Virus record (IMG/VR): IMGVR_UViG_3300009103_001660
Location: 59,212-123,211 of that record
Length of the DNA: 64,000 nucleotides
Reading direction: 5' to 3' (one strand)
Source: a virus
Of the stretch, positions 30,596-40,895 are shown one piece after another. Numbering within the stretch: the first letter of the stretch is position 1; each line of letters starts with the position of its first letter. The translations under genes were made by a program, and so were the position numbers. Under the pieces are notes generated by a model that was not told the origin of the DNA, ran no database searches, and saw only the letters and a program-made list of their open reading frames with translations.

Positions 30596-31309
30596 TTAAT
30601 AAATATCTATTTCATCATTTTCTATTGCTTTTTTTGCCATAGAAACTATTCTTTTCTTTACGTTTTTGATTTGTTTATATCCTGGTGACCTATTTTTTTC
30701 TGTAGTTTTATATCCCATTTTTTTTGCTACTTCAAGTTCAGATAGGTTGTCAATATATAAATATTGATAAATTGTCCATTCGTGCGGTTTTAATATTTCC
30801 TCCATTCTTTTATGTAAATTTCTGCTGCTTATTTCTATATCCAAAGATTTATTATTGGCTATGTAATAAGTTTCTTGGGTCTGATTTTCTAAAGATAAAG
30901 CAAATTTAGTTTGCAGTCCACTCTTTTTGTTCTTTTCCCAATTTTTGTATAACGGACATGAAGAGCTTTGTTCGCCATATATAGTACATCCTTTTTCTCC
31001 AGATACCGCTTCACACCTATTACAAGGTTTAACGAAGTTACTGTAATTATTTCTAATTAGATTTTTTATTTGATTGGTTATGATTGTTCTAACCCAAGGT
31101 TTTGGGTTTTTTGTTTGGTCAAAAAGGTGCCACTTCTTATAGATATGAAATCTAAGAATTTGAGCGACATCATCATAGTCCATCCAACTAATAGAATCTA
31201 ACTGCCATTTAGAGCGTCTTTTTGCGATTTCGACATTTATCATGTCAAGACAGTCTTCGAACTTTAACTCTTTTGATGTGGTCTTTTTAGAGCTTTTTTT
31301 TCTGCTCAC
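30596..31309 (-). CDS. Phage RNA polymerase sigma factor (ECF-sized) with Cys insert
   Basis: Region 2-like DYDDVAQ...WVRTIITNQIKNLIR; region 4 HTH LSELEVAKKMGY; intervening CxxC...C...C. Confidence 0.8.
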   Translation of the reverse strand: MSRKKSSKKTTSKELKFEDCLDMINVEIAKRRSKWQLDSISWMDYDDVAQILRFHIYKKWHLFDQTKNPKPWVRTIITNQIKNLIRNNYSNFVKPCNRCEAVSGEKGCTIYGEQSSSCPLYKNWEKNKKSGLQTKFALSLENQTQETYYIANNKSLDIEISSRNLHKRMEEILKPHEWTIYQYLYIDNLSELEVAKKMGYKTTEKNRSPGYKQIKNVKKRIVSMAKKAIENDEIDIY

Positions 31310-31686
31310 TTCTCGGGCTTTTTCCTTATAGATCCAGCTTCTTTTTGGAACTGTTGTTGTACCTCATCCTTGTTAAACTTTTTTGGTCTTCCCCTTTTTC
31401 CTTTTATCCCTAAATCTTTATTGCTCCATTTTCTTTCTGGCGAATTTATTAAATCCTCTAAGGTGGGGGCTTCACCGTGCTGAGAATCTATTTCTACATC
31501 TAGACCCGTCATACCTTCGGAAGTAAAAGGCATGGAGCTTTCTTCATTTTGTTGAGTTTGTGGTAACTGCGGAGATTCTATATTGGCGTGTGCAAATGCT
31601 GTACCACATTTTTGACAAAAATTAGGCTTTTCAGACGCATACATATTAGCATGCCCACATTTGGTACAGTAAATCTTTAGCTTCAT
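31306..31686 (-). CDS. Zinc-ribbon protein (start likely MKLKIYC)
   Basis: CTKCG...NFCQKCG double zinc-ribbon motif. Confidence 0.7.
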   Translation of the reverse strand: MKLKIYCTKCGHANMYASEKPNFCQKCGTAFAHANIESPQLPQTQQNEESSMPFTSEGMTGLDVEIDSQHGEAPTLEDLINSPERKWSNKDLGIKGKRGRPKKFNKDEVQQQFQKEAGSIRKKPEK

Positions 31687-31749
31687 CTTTATATTATAAC
31701 AAAAAAATGAAAAAAAACTACACATTTTTATACGGGTGTAGTATTATAT

Positions 31750-31947
31750 ATGAGGAAAAACTCTGTTATGACCTTGGCAGCAATAAAATCAGCAGCCAAA
31801 GAAATAGGAAGCGTCACATTACCGTTGTGCAAGCATTCTGAAGAAAAAGTGTCTGAAGCCTCCATTCAGGCAAATCACCTCGCTCAAGAGATTCATAAAA
31901 TCACAGAGCTTATAGAGCAAATGGAAAAGTATAAAGATTTAAATTAA
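31750..31947 (+). CDS. Small hypothetical protein
   Basis: GTGTA motif 9 nt upstream. Confidence 0.5.
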   Translation: MRKNSVMTLAAIKSAAKEIGSVTLPLCKHSEEKVSEASIQANHLAQEIHKITELIEQMEKYKDLN

Positions 31948-32976
31948 ATCTGACTCTATTGTAAAATTTAGATTTGATTCTTTATTGCTAACACTTTCAA
32001 TAACTGTTTTTATAAACTGAAGTCTATTGCTATCTAGCATACCATAAGAACTCTCTATCCTTTCTGAGTTTGCCCTTATTCCTCTCCCGTAACACACAGG
32101 AAAATTATAAGTGTTTTCGTTAAAAATATTTTTATTAAATAAAGATTTGAAATATCCAGAAGAGTGAGAAACGGTCGACCCCAAATCACTCATTAATACG
32201 CAATTTATAAAAGGGGAAATAGAAAACAGGCTTGCTGCCCCTCCAATTGCTGAATATTTAATATTGTTATAAAGGGAGCATAACATTTGATAGGTTAATA
32301 AATATTTTGATCCTTCGTAATTTAAGATTATCTCCTCTTGGAATCCCCGTTTCCACATTTTATTTTTACTTGCTACATATACTGGTACATCACAATGTTT
32401 AACAACCCAATCCATTAGTCTACTTTGTTGCCTTAGTTGTCTAGAGTATTCTACCCACATGCCGTTTGAAGGGAAAGCGTTTTTGTTTTCCAAGAAGATT
32501 TCAAGACCCCTTGCATCTATTAACATTGCTTTATCTATAGCGTTTTTATAAAGTTCATGTAAAGGTCCGTGTCCACCAAAACAGCTACACGCGTCTTTCA
32601 AGTCGCAAAGGTTAGTCCATTTTTTTATCTTGTACTTTTCCCAAGCGTACCCTTTATCAAATCGATATCGGGTAATCTTACTATTGTAGTATAAGTTGTT
32701 TAAAAAATCTTCACCAGATTGAAAGGGCTGGAGTATTACGGTGTGGCCTATTAGAGATGCTATTGGAAATAGATTATATGTAGTATATATTTTGACTTTT
32801 ATATTATTTTTATTACAATAATCAAAAATATAATAGTATCCAACGTTGCCACAAGATTCATTATCGTATAACAAAACGTCAATTTCTTTTTCAAAACTTT
32901 TTTGGGGAAAGAGGTCTATCTCATACCAGCCGTCTTTTTGCTTGTATTTTTCTAAATCTATAGTTTTAATGTTCAT
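31939..32976 (-). CDS. Hypothetical protein, possible divergent glycosyltransferase (paralog A)
   Basis: Similar along its length to 32973..34055; in GT cluster. Confidence 0.45.
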   Translation of the reverse strand: MNIKTIDLEKYKQKDGWYEIDLFPQKSFEKEIDVLLYDNESCGNVGYYYIFDYCNKNNIKVKIYTTYNLFPIASLIGHTVILQPFQSGEDFLNNLYYNSKITRYRFDKGYAWEKYKIKKWTNLCDLKDACSCFGGHGPLHELYKNAIDKAMLIDARGLEIFLENKNAFPSNGMWVEYSRQLRQQSRLMDWVVKHCDVPVYVASKNKMWKRGFQEEIILNYEGSKYLLTYQMLCSLYNNIKYSAIGGAASLFSISPFINCVLMSDLGSTVSHSSGYFKSLFNKNIFNENTYNFPVCYGRGIRANSERIESSYGMLDSNRLQFIKTVIESVSNKESNLNFTIESDLI

Positions 32977-34055
32977 TGTATAATTAGCGAGCTTAAATTA
33001 GCATTTCCTCTTTCGCTTGTCAGACCCCTCATTACTGTTTTTATAAATTCTGTCCTGTTCTTGCTTAGGGCGTCGTAAGAGTGCTTGGCGGAATCCATCT
33101 TAAGCTCGCAGGGAAAACAATAAGTATCCTCATTAAAAATAGCCTTATTGAAGAGTGATTTAAAAAATCCCGTTTGGTGAGAAACGTTATGCCCACTATC
33201 AAGCATAATTGCACAATTAATAAAAGGGGCTATTGAAAAAAGACTAGCTGAGCCACCTACCGCTGCGAACTTAACATTATTGTATATGGAGCATAACATT
33301 TGATATGTGAGAAAATATTTATGTCCTTCATTCTCGTAAACCACTTTTTCAAGAAAGCCATTACCGCCAAACCTACTTTTACTTGACAAAAATATCGGGG
33401 TGTTAGAGTAGCTTTTTATTAGTTCCATTATATTAGCCATTGGCCCCCGCCTACCTGAGTATTCGATCCACAAAAGATTTTGAGGAAAATGGGAGCCCTC
33501 TTCACTAAATATATCAAGTGCTCTTTTGTCAATAAACATGGTTTTATCTTTAATTGAATTAAAGAGAGTAAGTAACTCAAAGTGTCCATAAATTCCAACG
33601 GTTTTTGCAACATAATATTTCGAACCTTTTGTCCAGATGTCCACATCGTTAAGCCATCTCATATTTTTTAACCCACCTTCATTGGAGCCTCCATCTTCCC
33701 AATGTGTTACGCCATACTTCTCCCAAGAATATTTTCTATCAAATTCATAAGTTGACTTTCTCGACAGACACTGTTTCAGCCAAGAGTCTGCGAGTAATGG
33801 TTTTTGCAAGATAATAGTATGACCGAGCAAAGACGCAATTGGGAACAGATTATAAGCCGCATGTACCCTAACTTTTATATTGCGAGCATTGTAATATTGG
33901 AAAAGATAATGATAATGAAAATTTCCATAAGATTCACTTCCGTACAGTATAACATCCACAGTTCTCTCAAAGGATCTTTCTGGATATAAATTTATTTCAT
34001 ACCAGCCATCGCTTGAATCCCTGTGGTCTTTTAAATCAATCGTTTTGATTTTCAT
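32973..34055 (-). CDS. Hypothetical protein, possible divergent glycosyltransferase (paralog B)
   Basis: Shared motifs DGWYEI.L.P, YFLTYQMLCS.YNN, A.GG.ASLFSI.PFINC. Confidence 0.45.
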   Translation of the reverse strand: MKIKTIDLKDHRDSSDGWYEINLYPERSFERTVDVILYGSESYGNFHYHYLFQYYNARNIKVRVHAAYNLFPIASLLGHTIILQKPLLADSWLKQCLSRKSTYEFDRKYSWEKYGVTHWEDGGSNEGGLKNMRWLNDVDIWTKGSKYYVAKTVGIYGHFELLTLFNSIKDKTMFIDKRALDIFSEEGSHFPQNLLWIEYSGRRGPMANIMELIKSYSNTPIFLSSKSRFGGNGFLEKVVYENEGHKYFLTYQMLCSIYNNVKFAAVGGSASLFSIAPFINCAIMLDSGHNVSHQTGFFKSLFNKAIFNEDTYCFPCELKMDSAKHSYDALSKNRTEFIKTVMRGLTSERGNANLSSLIIQ

Positions 34056-34983
34056 GTTCGTTGATGCTTTTGTGGAATTCTTTTAGTTCGGTTTCAATAA
34101 TAGCTAAACGATCTAGTTGTACTTTTTGATCTTCTTGACTTTTAGCCCAAGTTTCTTTAATCCATTCTTTTTCAAACGAAAATTCATTAACAATAGCTTT
34201 GTGAACATATATCGGGTCATGATACCAAAGCGCTGGCCAAGGTTCATTTAATTTTATAACCTTTTGTGAGTTTGTATCTTGCATCATTTTCGTAAATGGG
34301 TCATCTCCCATTTTTGGATGTTTGATAACAATCATTGGTTTTTGTAAAAGGGCTGCAAGATGCGCGGTCCCAGTATTATTTCCTATATAGAATTTCGAAG
34401 ACTGTATTAGTTCTACTTCTGAATCTTCGTCGGGATATGTCCAAGAGTAATACTTAGCTCCAGGTACCTTATAAGAACTTTCTTGTTTTCCCAGTATTGC
34501 GTAAGATATCCCTGAAGACTCTAACATTTCCCCCAGTTTATTCCAGTGATTCCAATTTTTACTGCCCCTTCTACCCCTTTTTCTTGGACCGATCACTACA
34601 TCACATTTTAGACCCCTTAATTTATTTGGTTTTATTTTAGGTACTGATTTAGGTATGGTCCCGTCGTATTTGGATAAATCTACGATTTCATGATTGGGAT
34701 ATTTTTCAGAAAATATAGATATTAATTTTGATTTGTCTTTTATGGAGTCTTCGTGGTGATTGTCGCTCCACCCTCGTCTATTGTCGTCCGAAAGGGGATT
34801 CTCCCAATCATAAAAAAAATCAGAAGCTGACGGAAAGAATAGTTTTTGGCTGGGCTCACAACAAACTATTTTTTGGGGCGCTTGTATTTCGTGAACTAAC
34901 CTTATATATCTAAATATAAAAAAACCAAATTCACCGTAGTGTGGAAGTATAACAATTGGTTTGTCAAAACTGTATTTAGGCAT
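34036..34983 (-). CDS. GT9 (heptosyltransferase-like) glycosyltransferase
   Basis: FYIGNNTGTAHLAALLQKPMIVI motif; GEFG N-terminal motif. Confidence 0.75.
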   Translation of the reverse strand: MPKYSFDKPIVILPHYGEFGFFIFRYIRLVHEIQAPQKIVCCEPSQKLFFPSASDFFYDWENPLSDDNRRGWSDNHHEDSIKDKSKLISIFSEKYPNHEIVDLSKYDGTIPKSVPKIKPNKLRGLKCDVVIGPRKRGRRGSKNWNHWNKLGEMLESSGISYAILGKQESSYKVPGAKYYSWTYPDEDSEVELIQSSKFYIGNNTGTAHLAALLQKPMIVIKHPKMGDDPFTKMMQDTNSQKVIKLNEPWPALWYHDPIYVHKAIVNEFSFEKEWIKETWAKSQEDQKVQLDRLAIIETELKEFHKSINEHENQND

Positions 34984-35429
34984 TATGTGATATTGTCTGG
35001 TCTAATTGGGGGCGGCTCTTTCGGTGGCCATTCTCCTATCTTTTTCATATATTCAATGAGAGCCTTATAATAAATATCTAATCTCCAAAGTTGCTGCCTA
35101 GCGCTATTTAATTCATCTTCTAATTTATTGATAACATTACTCTGTTTCGTAAGAATATCAAACACTTCAACCATTGTATCATCCTGCTCCTTAAGAAGAG
35201 TTTGCTGTGTTTTTATTATTTTTTCTGACTCGTTAATTACTATCAATGTTTTTTGATTAGCCCCAAGAACAGCTGCTTTAGTTTTTATATGTACAGAAAT
35301 AGACCATAGTCCGCATAAAAGCACGGTTATACATGTAGAATATACGGCATTCTTATTTTTTAATAGAAAATTTAATGTTTTGTTACTAGTTTCTACAAAC
35401 TTTTCTTTTATTTTTCGTAGGTATCTCAT
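34983..35429 (-). CDS. Membrane-anchored coiled-coil protein
   Basis: One hydrophobic helix then a heptad region. Confidence 0.6.
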   Translation of the reverse strand: MRYLRKIKEKFVETSNKTLNFLLKNKNAVYSTCITVLLCGLWSISVHIKTKAAVLGANQKTLIVINESEKIIKTQQTLLKEQDDTMVEVFDILTKQSNVINKLEDELNSARQQLWRLDIYYKALIEYMKKIGEWPPKEPPPIRPDNIT

Positions 35430-35493
35430 AGCAACAATTACACTTTATTATACCTCCCAAGGCCGTTTTTAGTGTAATCATATATAGCAAAAA

Positions 35494-35808
35494 ATGCTTG
35501 GCGTACTAAAAAACAAAGTAAAAGAGATAGAAGCAGAAGCAAACAACCTGGACCTCCCCATCTTATGGCAAGATGCACTTCAGGATAATTTAGCTATACT
35601 CACAAATCAGAGCGCTGGTAAAGTAGTTGCTCTTTTCGCTGTTGAAGACGATAACCAAAAACATACGTTCAAAGCTTTTGAGCTAAACGTAAAAAAATGG
35701 TCATGGGCTACAGCAGAAGGTTTCACTCCCCAAGAAATGTATGACAAGATGGGTAGTGATATTTTCAAACCAATTTCACTTAATTTTATTTTAGCTAGTC
35801 TTTCATAA
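35494..35808 (+). CDS. Hypothetical protein
   Basis: GTGTA motif upstream; plausible composition. Confidence 0.6.
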   Translation: MLGVLKNKVKEIEAEANNLDLPILWQDALQDNLAILTNQSAGKVVALFAVEDDNQKHTFKAFELNVKKWSWATAEGFTPQEMYDKMGSDIFKPISLNFILASLS

Positions 35809-35843
35809 CTTTTTAATAAACCCCCAACTAAAGGAGTGTTACT

Positions 35844-36077
35844 ATGCATATATATACCTGTCCGTATTGTCCACCGAGCAAGCGCTCTAATTTATACATC
35901 ACGAAAGATATGAACACCCATTGTAATTGTGAGAAAACCATATTTAACAAAACAAAGGGGTGCGAAAAGATAAAATACAAATGTAAAGAAATAATGGAAT
36001 GTAAGTTGTGTAGCTCAGCCTTTAAAATAACTAAGAAGTTTCTTGCGCAACAAAAAAGGAAAATAAAAGATGGATGA
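35844..36077 (+). CDS. Small Cys-rich zinc-finger protein
   Basis: CPYC, HCNC, C...C, CKLC. Confidence 0.55.
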   Translation: MHIYTCPYCPPSKRSNLYITKDMNTHCNCEKTIFNKTKGCEKIKYKCKEIMECKLCSSAFKITKKFLAQQKRKIKDG

Positions 36078-36132
36078 TTACGTAGCAGTATACGGATAGC
36101 CCGCTAAGTGAATATCCTGAGGCATTCCAGTG

Positions 36133-36894
36133 TCAATCGTCATGTAATTGTCTTAATTTTTTGAGCATAAATTTAACAATTTCTGAACGCATGACGTCGT
36201 CCTCGTTGAACGAAAAAGTATTTATCCCAAATGCTTTACTTTCTTCATCAGAAAAAAGTTGTCTTAAGGTTTTGTATCCGCCAGTTTTTCCAGAGTATAA
36301 ATCTGTTTGCATAGGATCTGCAAGGATGAAGCATCTGCTAAAATGACCAAGCCTAGTTAACACGGTAATAATTTCCTTTATGGTGGAGTTTTGCGCCTCA
36401 TCAAAAATTATGCATTTCGCATTCCAGTTCATTCCTCGAGCGTAGTTAACGGGATACATTGATATCCTTTCATCCTTCTCCAGCTTTTCTATTTCTGGCG
36501 TTGGAAGAAGTTCATCAAGCTTTTCTAAAAAGGGTATATTATAGAAGTGTAGTTTTTGTTCAGCGTCTCCTGGTAAAAAACCAAGTTTGCTATCTGAGCT
36601 TTCTACAGCAGACCTAATGTATATAATATCAGAAATGTTTTTGCGGTCTAAGAGCTTAAGAGCACAGTATACAGCTAATGTAGACTTTGATGTTCCAGCT
36701 GGTCCATTTAGAAAAAATATCCTATTATCTTTATCTAAGGCCGTATCTATAAATTCCTTTTGTTTATCTGTCCACTCTAAATCTCTTACGTTTAATTTAT
36801 AGTTTAATTTATCTCTTTGGTAAACCTTAGGTCGACTTGAAGTATTGGTGCTTTTATCTTTTTCTCCCTTGGGAGAAGCTTTTTTTCTAGGCAT
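36133..36894 (-). CDS. phoH: PhoH-family ATPase
   Basis: GPAGTSKS, LGFLPGD, RG.....IIFDEAQN, TRLG, DPMQTD motifs. Confidence 0.95.
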   Translation of the reverse strand: MPRKKASPKGEKDKSTNTSSRPKVYQRDKLNYKLNVRDLEWTDKQKEFIDTALDKDNRIFFLNGPAGTSKSTLAVYCALKLLDRKNISDIIYIRSAVESSDSKLGFLPGDAEQKLHFYNIPFLEKLDELLPTPEIEKLEKDERISMYPVNYARGMNWNAKCIIFDEAQNSTIKEIITVLTRLGHFSRCFILADPMQTDLYSGKTGGYKTLRQLFSDEESKAFGINTFSFNEDDVMRSEIVKFMLKKLRQLHDD

Positions 36895-36909
36895 GTACTT
36901 ATTTACACT

Positions 36910-37557
36910 TTATTTTTTTAATACGGAAGCATATAGACCCTCCCACCAATTTTTTCTTCTAGTATTTTCTGAATCTGAAATCGGAACACCAAGCTCTTCT
37001 TCGTGTAGTATTTTTAGGTTTAAGTTTTTGATCGCTTTTTGGGTTCCCTCTTTAACCCCGTCCCACCCATAGTCATCTACGATAAAGATAAATTCATCCT
37101 CTAGGGCTCCAATATTAATCATATGATCTAGGGCTTTGTATTGACTTTCTGTTTCATGATTACCGTCATAAAAATAAACATTGAACTTGGTGTTATTAAA
37201 ATCTTTTAAGGCGGTTTTAAAAATGTTCTTTTCTATGAGTTCAATTTTTTGGGCGGGGTCAAGATAATCTTTACAGTTTTGAATAAAAAATTCTCTACGC
37301 ACACCAAACTCTGACCAATTATCTACAGCGTAAGCTTTTTTAAGATTGTTGCCACAAATCGCAGGTATAAAGGTGGAGCCAAACAATACTCCGACTTCGA
37401 CATATTTAAGTTCGCCATGTGATAATATTTTATTTAAAAGTTTTCTTATTTTGGTTCCAGAAAATCCACCTATTTCATAAATCGGGTGAATGGGTTCTTC
37501 TGTATCTAAAGCTTTCACCTCGCTGAGTGAGTTTAATAAAATCTTGCTTAGGTCCAT
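36910..37557 (-). CDS. Class I SAM-dependent methyltransferase (Methyltransf_24-like)
   Basis: YVEVGVLFGST, AVDNW, YFYDGNH, FIVDDY motifs. Confidence 0.85.
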   Translation of the reverse strand: MDLSKILLNSLSEVKALDTEEPIHPIYEIGGFSGTKIRKLLNKILSHGELKYVEVGVLFGSTFIPAICGNNLKKAYAVDNWSEFGVRREFFIQNCKDYLDPAQKIELIEKNIFKTALKDFNNTKFNVYFYDGNHETESQYKALDHMINIGALEDEFIFIVDDYGWDGVKEGTQKAIKNLNLKILHEEELGVPISDSENTRRKNWWEGLYASVLKK

Positions 37558-37578
37558 TATGTTGACTATAATATACTT

Positions 37579-38358
37579 ATGGATCTTTGGCAAAGAAAAA
37601 GTTTTCAAGTACTAATGAGCTATTACAACGCCGAAGACTATATAGAGCGAGCGATAGATAGCATTGAAACGTCCATGAAGGGGAAGGATTGGGTAATTAT
37701 ATTTTGTGGGGACGGAGAGCAAAAACACACAGAGTCAATCATACAAAAATACTCCAAAATAAGCTCATCTAAAGAGGTGATACATAATGTATACCCAAAG
37801 GCAATAAACGTCAGCACAGCCAAAAATAGAGCCATTAAAGAGGCCCTCATAAGATCTGGGGAATACCCAGGGTTGCTAGTGATTGACGCAGATGATGAAA
37901 TGTTACCAGAGAGGCCGCGACTCATAGAAACGGCCATAAAATACAATACTCCATTTAACGTTGGGGCTTGGGAGTATGAAAAGGGAGAAGGATTTAGCTT
38001 ATTGGATTCAAAGTACGGAGCAAGGACACTTGGGTTTACTTCATGCTGCACATTAATACATGAAAGCATCATACCAAGAAATGGAAGATTTTTTTACGAC
38101 AAGGTTATAAGCTACGGAGATGTAATAACTTGGCACTATCTAAGGACAATAAAAAAGATTAACCCACAAGCCCACGAGGAAGTAAATGAGCCAGTACATA
38201 AACATTATAAAATCCCAAACTCAATTACAAATCCAACCAAATATAAAACATTGAGAAAAAAAAGGATTATTTTCGACAGGCTCAAGGGCGATCTAAAAAG
38301 GGGTATAAATATTTTTGATAATCCACCAAATTATAGCGAAGATAGTATAGATATATGA
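37579..38358 (+). CDS. GT2-family glycosyltransferase
   Basis: VLMSYYNAEDYIERAIDS, AKNRA, DADD motif. Confidence 0.85.
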   Translation: MDLWQRKSFQVLMSYYNAEDYIERAIDSIETSMKGKDWVIIFCGDGEQKHTESIIQKYSKISSSKEVIHNVYPKAINVSTAKNRAIKEALIRSGEYPGLLVIDADDEMLPERPRLIETAIKYNTPFNVGAWEYEKGEGFSLLDSKYGARTLGFTSCCTLIHESIIPRNGRFFYDKVISYGDVITWHYLRTIKKINPQAHEEVNEPVHKHYKIPNSITNPTKYKTLRKKRIIFDRLKGDLKRGINIFDNPPNYSEDSIDI

Positions 38359-39272
38359 GCGTTAAAATTTACTACTATACTCGGTTAAATGGACATACCT
38401 GTTGGGATGTATTTTTCGTAGACGAGTTAAAAAAGAGTTTTGAAGACAGGGGGTATGAAGTAGAACTTTTTCATAAGAATGAGTGGCCTTTAGTTAATGG
38501 TGACGCAAATAGTTTCGGACTCAAGAGATGTATTATTGTTGACATTGGATCAAAATTTTTTATAATTAATCATCACGATAGATATTATTCATTCCTAGCC
38601 ATAAAAGACCAAATAATAAATCACAAAGACTGTATAGCCATTTTTCAATGTCAATACAGAGAGGCCCCGCACCCTAAAGTTTTACCGTTTACCTATCTAG
38701 AGCAACACAGGGGCAAATATATAGAATACAAAAAAGAATTGGGGTGGAATCCTAAAAGTAAGATTTTACATTGCAGAACAAATATTCATTCTAGAGATGG
38801 TAGAAAAAAACGTAGACATCTTATTCCCCTCCTAGAAGATATTATCACTCCATGCCTGACTGTACATCCAGATGATTCTAACTTGGATATACCGAGACCT
38901 ATGATGGAAACAGTCGATATGAAAACATTTATGACCGAGTTAACTGAGTCATATCTTGCTTTAGCGACGCCAGGAACTGGGAATTTTTGTCATAGAGAGT
39001 TAGAGTGTTTTGGGTTAGGGGTTCCTGTATTAATGCCTAGATTAATAAATGTTTATTATGATCCACTGATACCAGATTATCATTATGTTTCAGTTGACTG
39101 TAACTGGGAGAAAGATAGTGATGAGTTTATTTCTCAAGCTATAAGGCGTAGATATCATGAGGTAATAGATAACATGGATATTCTAAAAAAGGTAAGCAAA
39201 AATGCAAAAGCATGGCACGAGAAAAATGTAGATGGCTTTTTCCATATAATTGAAGAAAATATCCTTTATTAG
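38355..39272 (+). CDS. GT-B glycosyltransferase-like protein (exostosin/GT90-like)
   Basis: LALATPGTGNFCHRELECFGLGVPVL...L.PDYHYV C-terminal pattern. Confidence 0.6.
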   Translation: MSVKIYYYTRLNGHTCWDVFFVDELKKSFEDRGYEVELFHKNEWPLVNGDANSFGLKRCIIVDIGSKFFIINHHDRYYSFLAIKDQIINHKDCIAIFQCQYREAPHPKVLPFTYLEQHRGKYIEYKKELGWNPKSKILHCRTNIHSRDGRKKRRHLIPLLEDIITPCLTVHPDDSNLDIPRPMMETVDMKTFMTELTESYLALATPGTGNFCHRELECFGLGVPVLMPRLINVYYDPLIPDYHYVSVDCNWEKDSDEFISQAIRRRYHEVIDNMDILKKVSKNAKAWHEKNVDGFFHIIEENILY

Positions 39273-39289
39273 CAGTGTATACATAAGAT

Positions 39290-40456
39290 ATGATGCCAGA
39301 TCATATCGAAGACCATCTTATATTCCCAAACGACATAAATGATAACGTAATTAGTCAGGCTTCTAACGGAGACCTCAGAATAGACCATTATCCACACAAA
39401 TCACGTCAAAACCGAGTCTACCTAGGAGATATCATCTGGATAATAAATTATCTTGTTTACATCGCTAAAAGCTCAAAATCAAGAATCAATAAGATTACAT
39501 TTGTAAAGAACGAATTTATGCCATTACAATGGACTTACGCAAATTCGTTTGTTCAAAACAGATTTAAAAATGAAGAAAAAGAAAACACACCAGTATCTTG
39601 GGACAAGTTAAAAGATACATTTGATTCTGTAATGAAAAATAATGAAGAAAAGTGGAGATGGAGTAACTTCTACTGGGAGAGATATAGACATAACTATTTT
39701 TGGAAAACTCTTGAAGAGCTTATTGAGATAATAGACTCTCCTATTGAATTAAGATGTATAATAGAAAATGATTGGACAAAAGATAGTCGCACAAGTCTTT
39801 ACCTTGATGGTTATAGTATGCGTGACGTTTTAAAAGTAACTCAACACAATCGCCACTGCTGGAAACAGGAAGCATTATGGTTCTTGTTACTCAATAAAGA
39901 TCTCCCATTACTAAAAGCTAAAAAAACATGGAAAAAAGAAAACCTAGGATCAAACAACATAACACACTGCCTTAGAGGTCATTCAAACAATGCAACTCAA
40001 TATGAACAATCAATATTAGCTTGCTGCAAAGATAAATCCCTACACGCCCCACACAATCTTAAAGTGGCTTGGGGAACGCTCAGCGGCAAATCCCCAAGTC
40101 ATTATGATATAAACATGCCTGAACCCATGTTCGAGGGATCTCTAAAAGAATGGCTCGAAGTAATGTATACTTCAAAGTATTATATAGGAGCAGATACAGG
40201 TATAAGTCATCTAGCAGAAATGATCAACATCCCTACTCTTATCTTGTACCCAGGCATTCTCCATCATGCACTTAGGGGAAACTATGACGAAAAAGGAAAA
40301 TTTTGTTCAGATAAAACCAGTAATCAATCATGGACAAATATGTACCCAAACTCAAAAGAAGCAATCATTAGCTGCGAAGATGACCTATGCCCCGTAATCG
40401 ATGGGTTTGAGTCCCACTTAGATCACTGGGCATGGGCCAACTCGCAAACGGACTAG
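39290..40456 (+). CDS. GT9-like glycosyltransferase
   Basis: YYIGADTGISHLAEMINIPTLILY motif. Confidence 0.7.
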   Translation: MMPDHIEDHLIFPNDINDNVISQASNGDLRIDHYPHKSRQNRVYLGDIIWIINYLVYIAKSSKSRINKITFVKNEFMPLQWTYANSFVQNRFKNEEKENTPVSWDKLKDTFDSVMKNNEEKWRWSNFYWERYRHNYFWKTLEELIEIIDSPIELRCIIENDWTKDSRTSLYLDGYSMRDVLKVTQHNRHCWKQEALWFLLLNKDLPLLKAKKTWKKENLGSNNITHCLRGHSNNATQYEQSILACCKDKSLHAPHNLKVAWGTLSGKSPSHYDINMPEPMFEGSLKEWLEVMYTSKYYIGADTGISHLAEMINIPTLILYPGILHHALRGNYDEKGKFCSDKTSNQSWTNMYPNSKEAIISCEDDLCPVIDGFESHLDHWAWANSQTD

Positions 40457-40821
40457 TTCACTCTAACATTCACTCCTTTCTCTTCTTCTTTTTTGTTTAA
40501 TTTAATGTGAAGTAGTCCATCTTCGTATTTAGCTATGGTAGCATTAGGATCAATTTTATTTGGCACAGACCAGTGTCTGGAGAACTTACGTTCGCCCTGC
40601 TCTGCTTTAACATGGAGTAATCCATCTTCAATGTTGACATTAATGTTATCCTTGCTGAATCCAGCTAAATTAACCTCAAATTCATAACAATCATTATCTT
40701 CTACATGGTCTAAGGGCCAATCAAAGAAATCATTAAACAAGTTACCAATTCTATTTCTATCTCTTAATGTATATGCAATCATGCTTTGTATAAAGCAGGA
40801 GGCGTGCCAACCAAAAATCAA
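40453..40821 (-). CDS. Small heat-shock protein (Hsp20)
   Basis: LAGFSKDNINVNIEDGLLHVK...AKYEDGLLHIKL alpha-crystallin motif. Confidence 0.92.
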   Translation of the reverse strand: MIFGWHASCFIQSMIAYTLRDRNRIGNLFNDFFDWPLDHVEDNDCYEFEVNLAGFSKDNINVNIEDGLLHVKAEQGERKFSRHWSVPNKIDPNATIAKYEDGLLHIKLNKKEEEKGVNVRVN

Positions 40822-40895
40822 AGAAAATAGGGGGTTTTAGCGGCGATTGTGTCACCGTGTCACAGTTATGTACCTGTCACAGTTGGGACACTATG

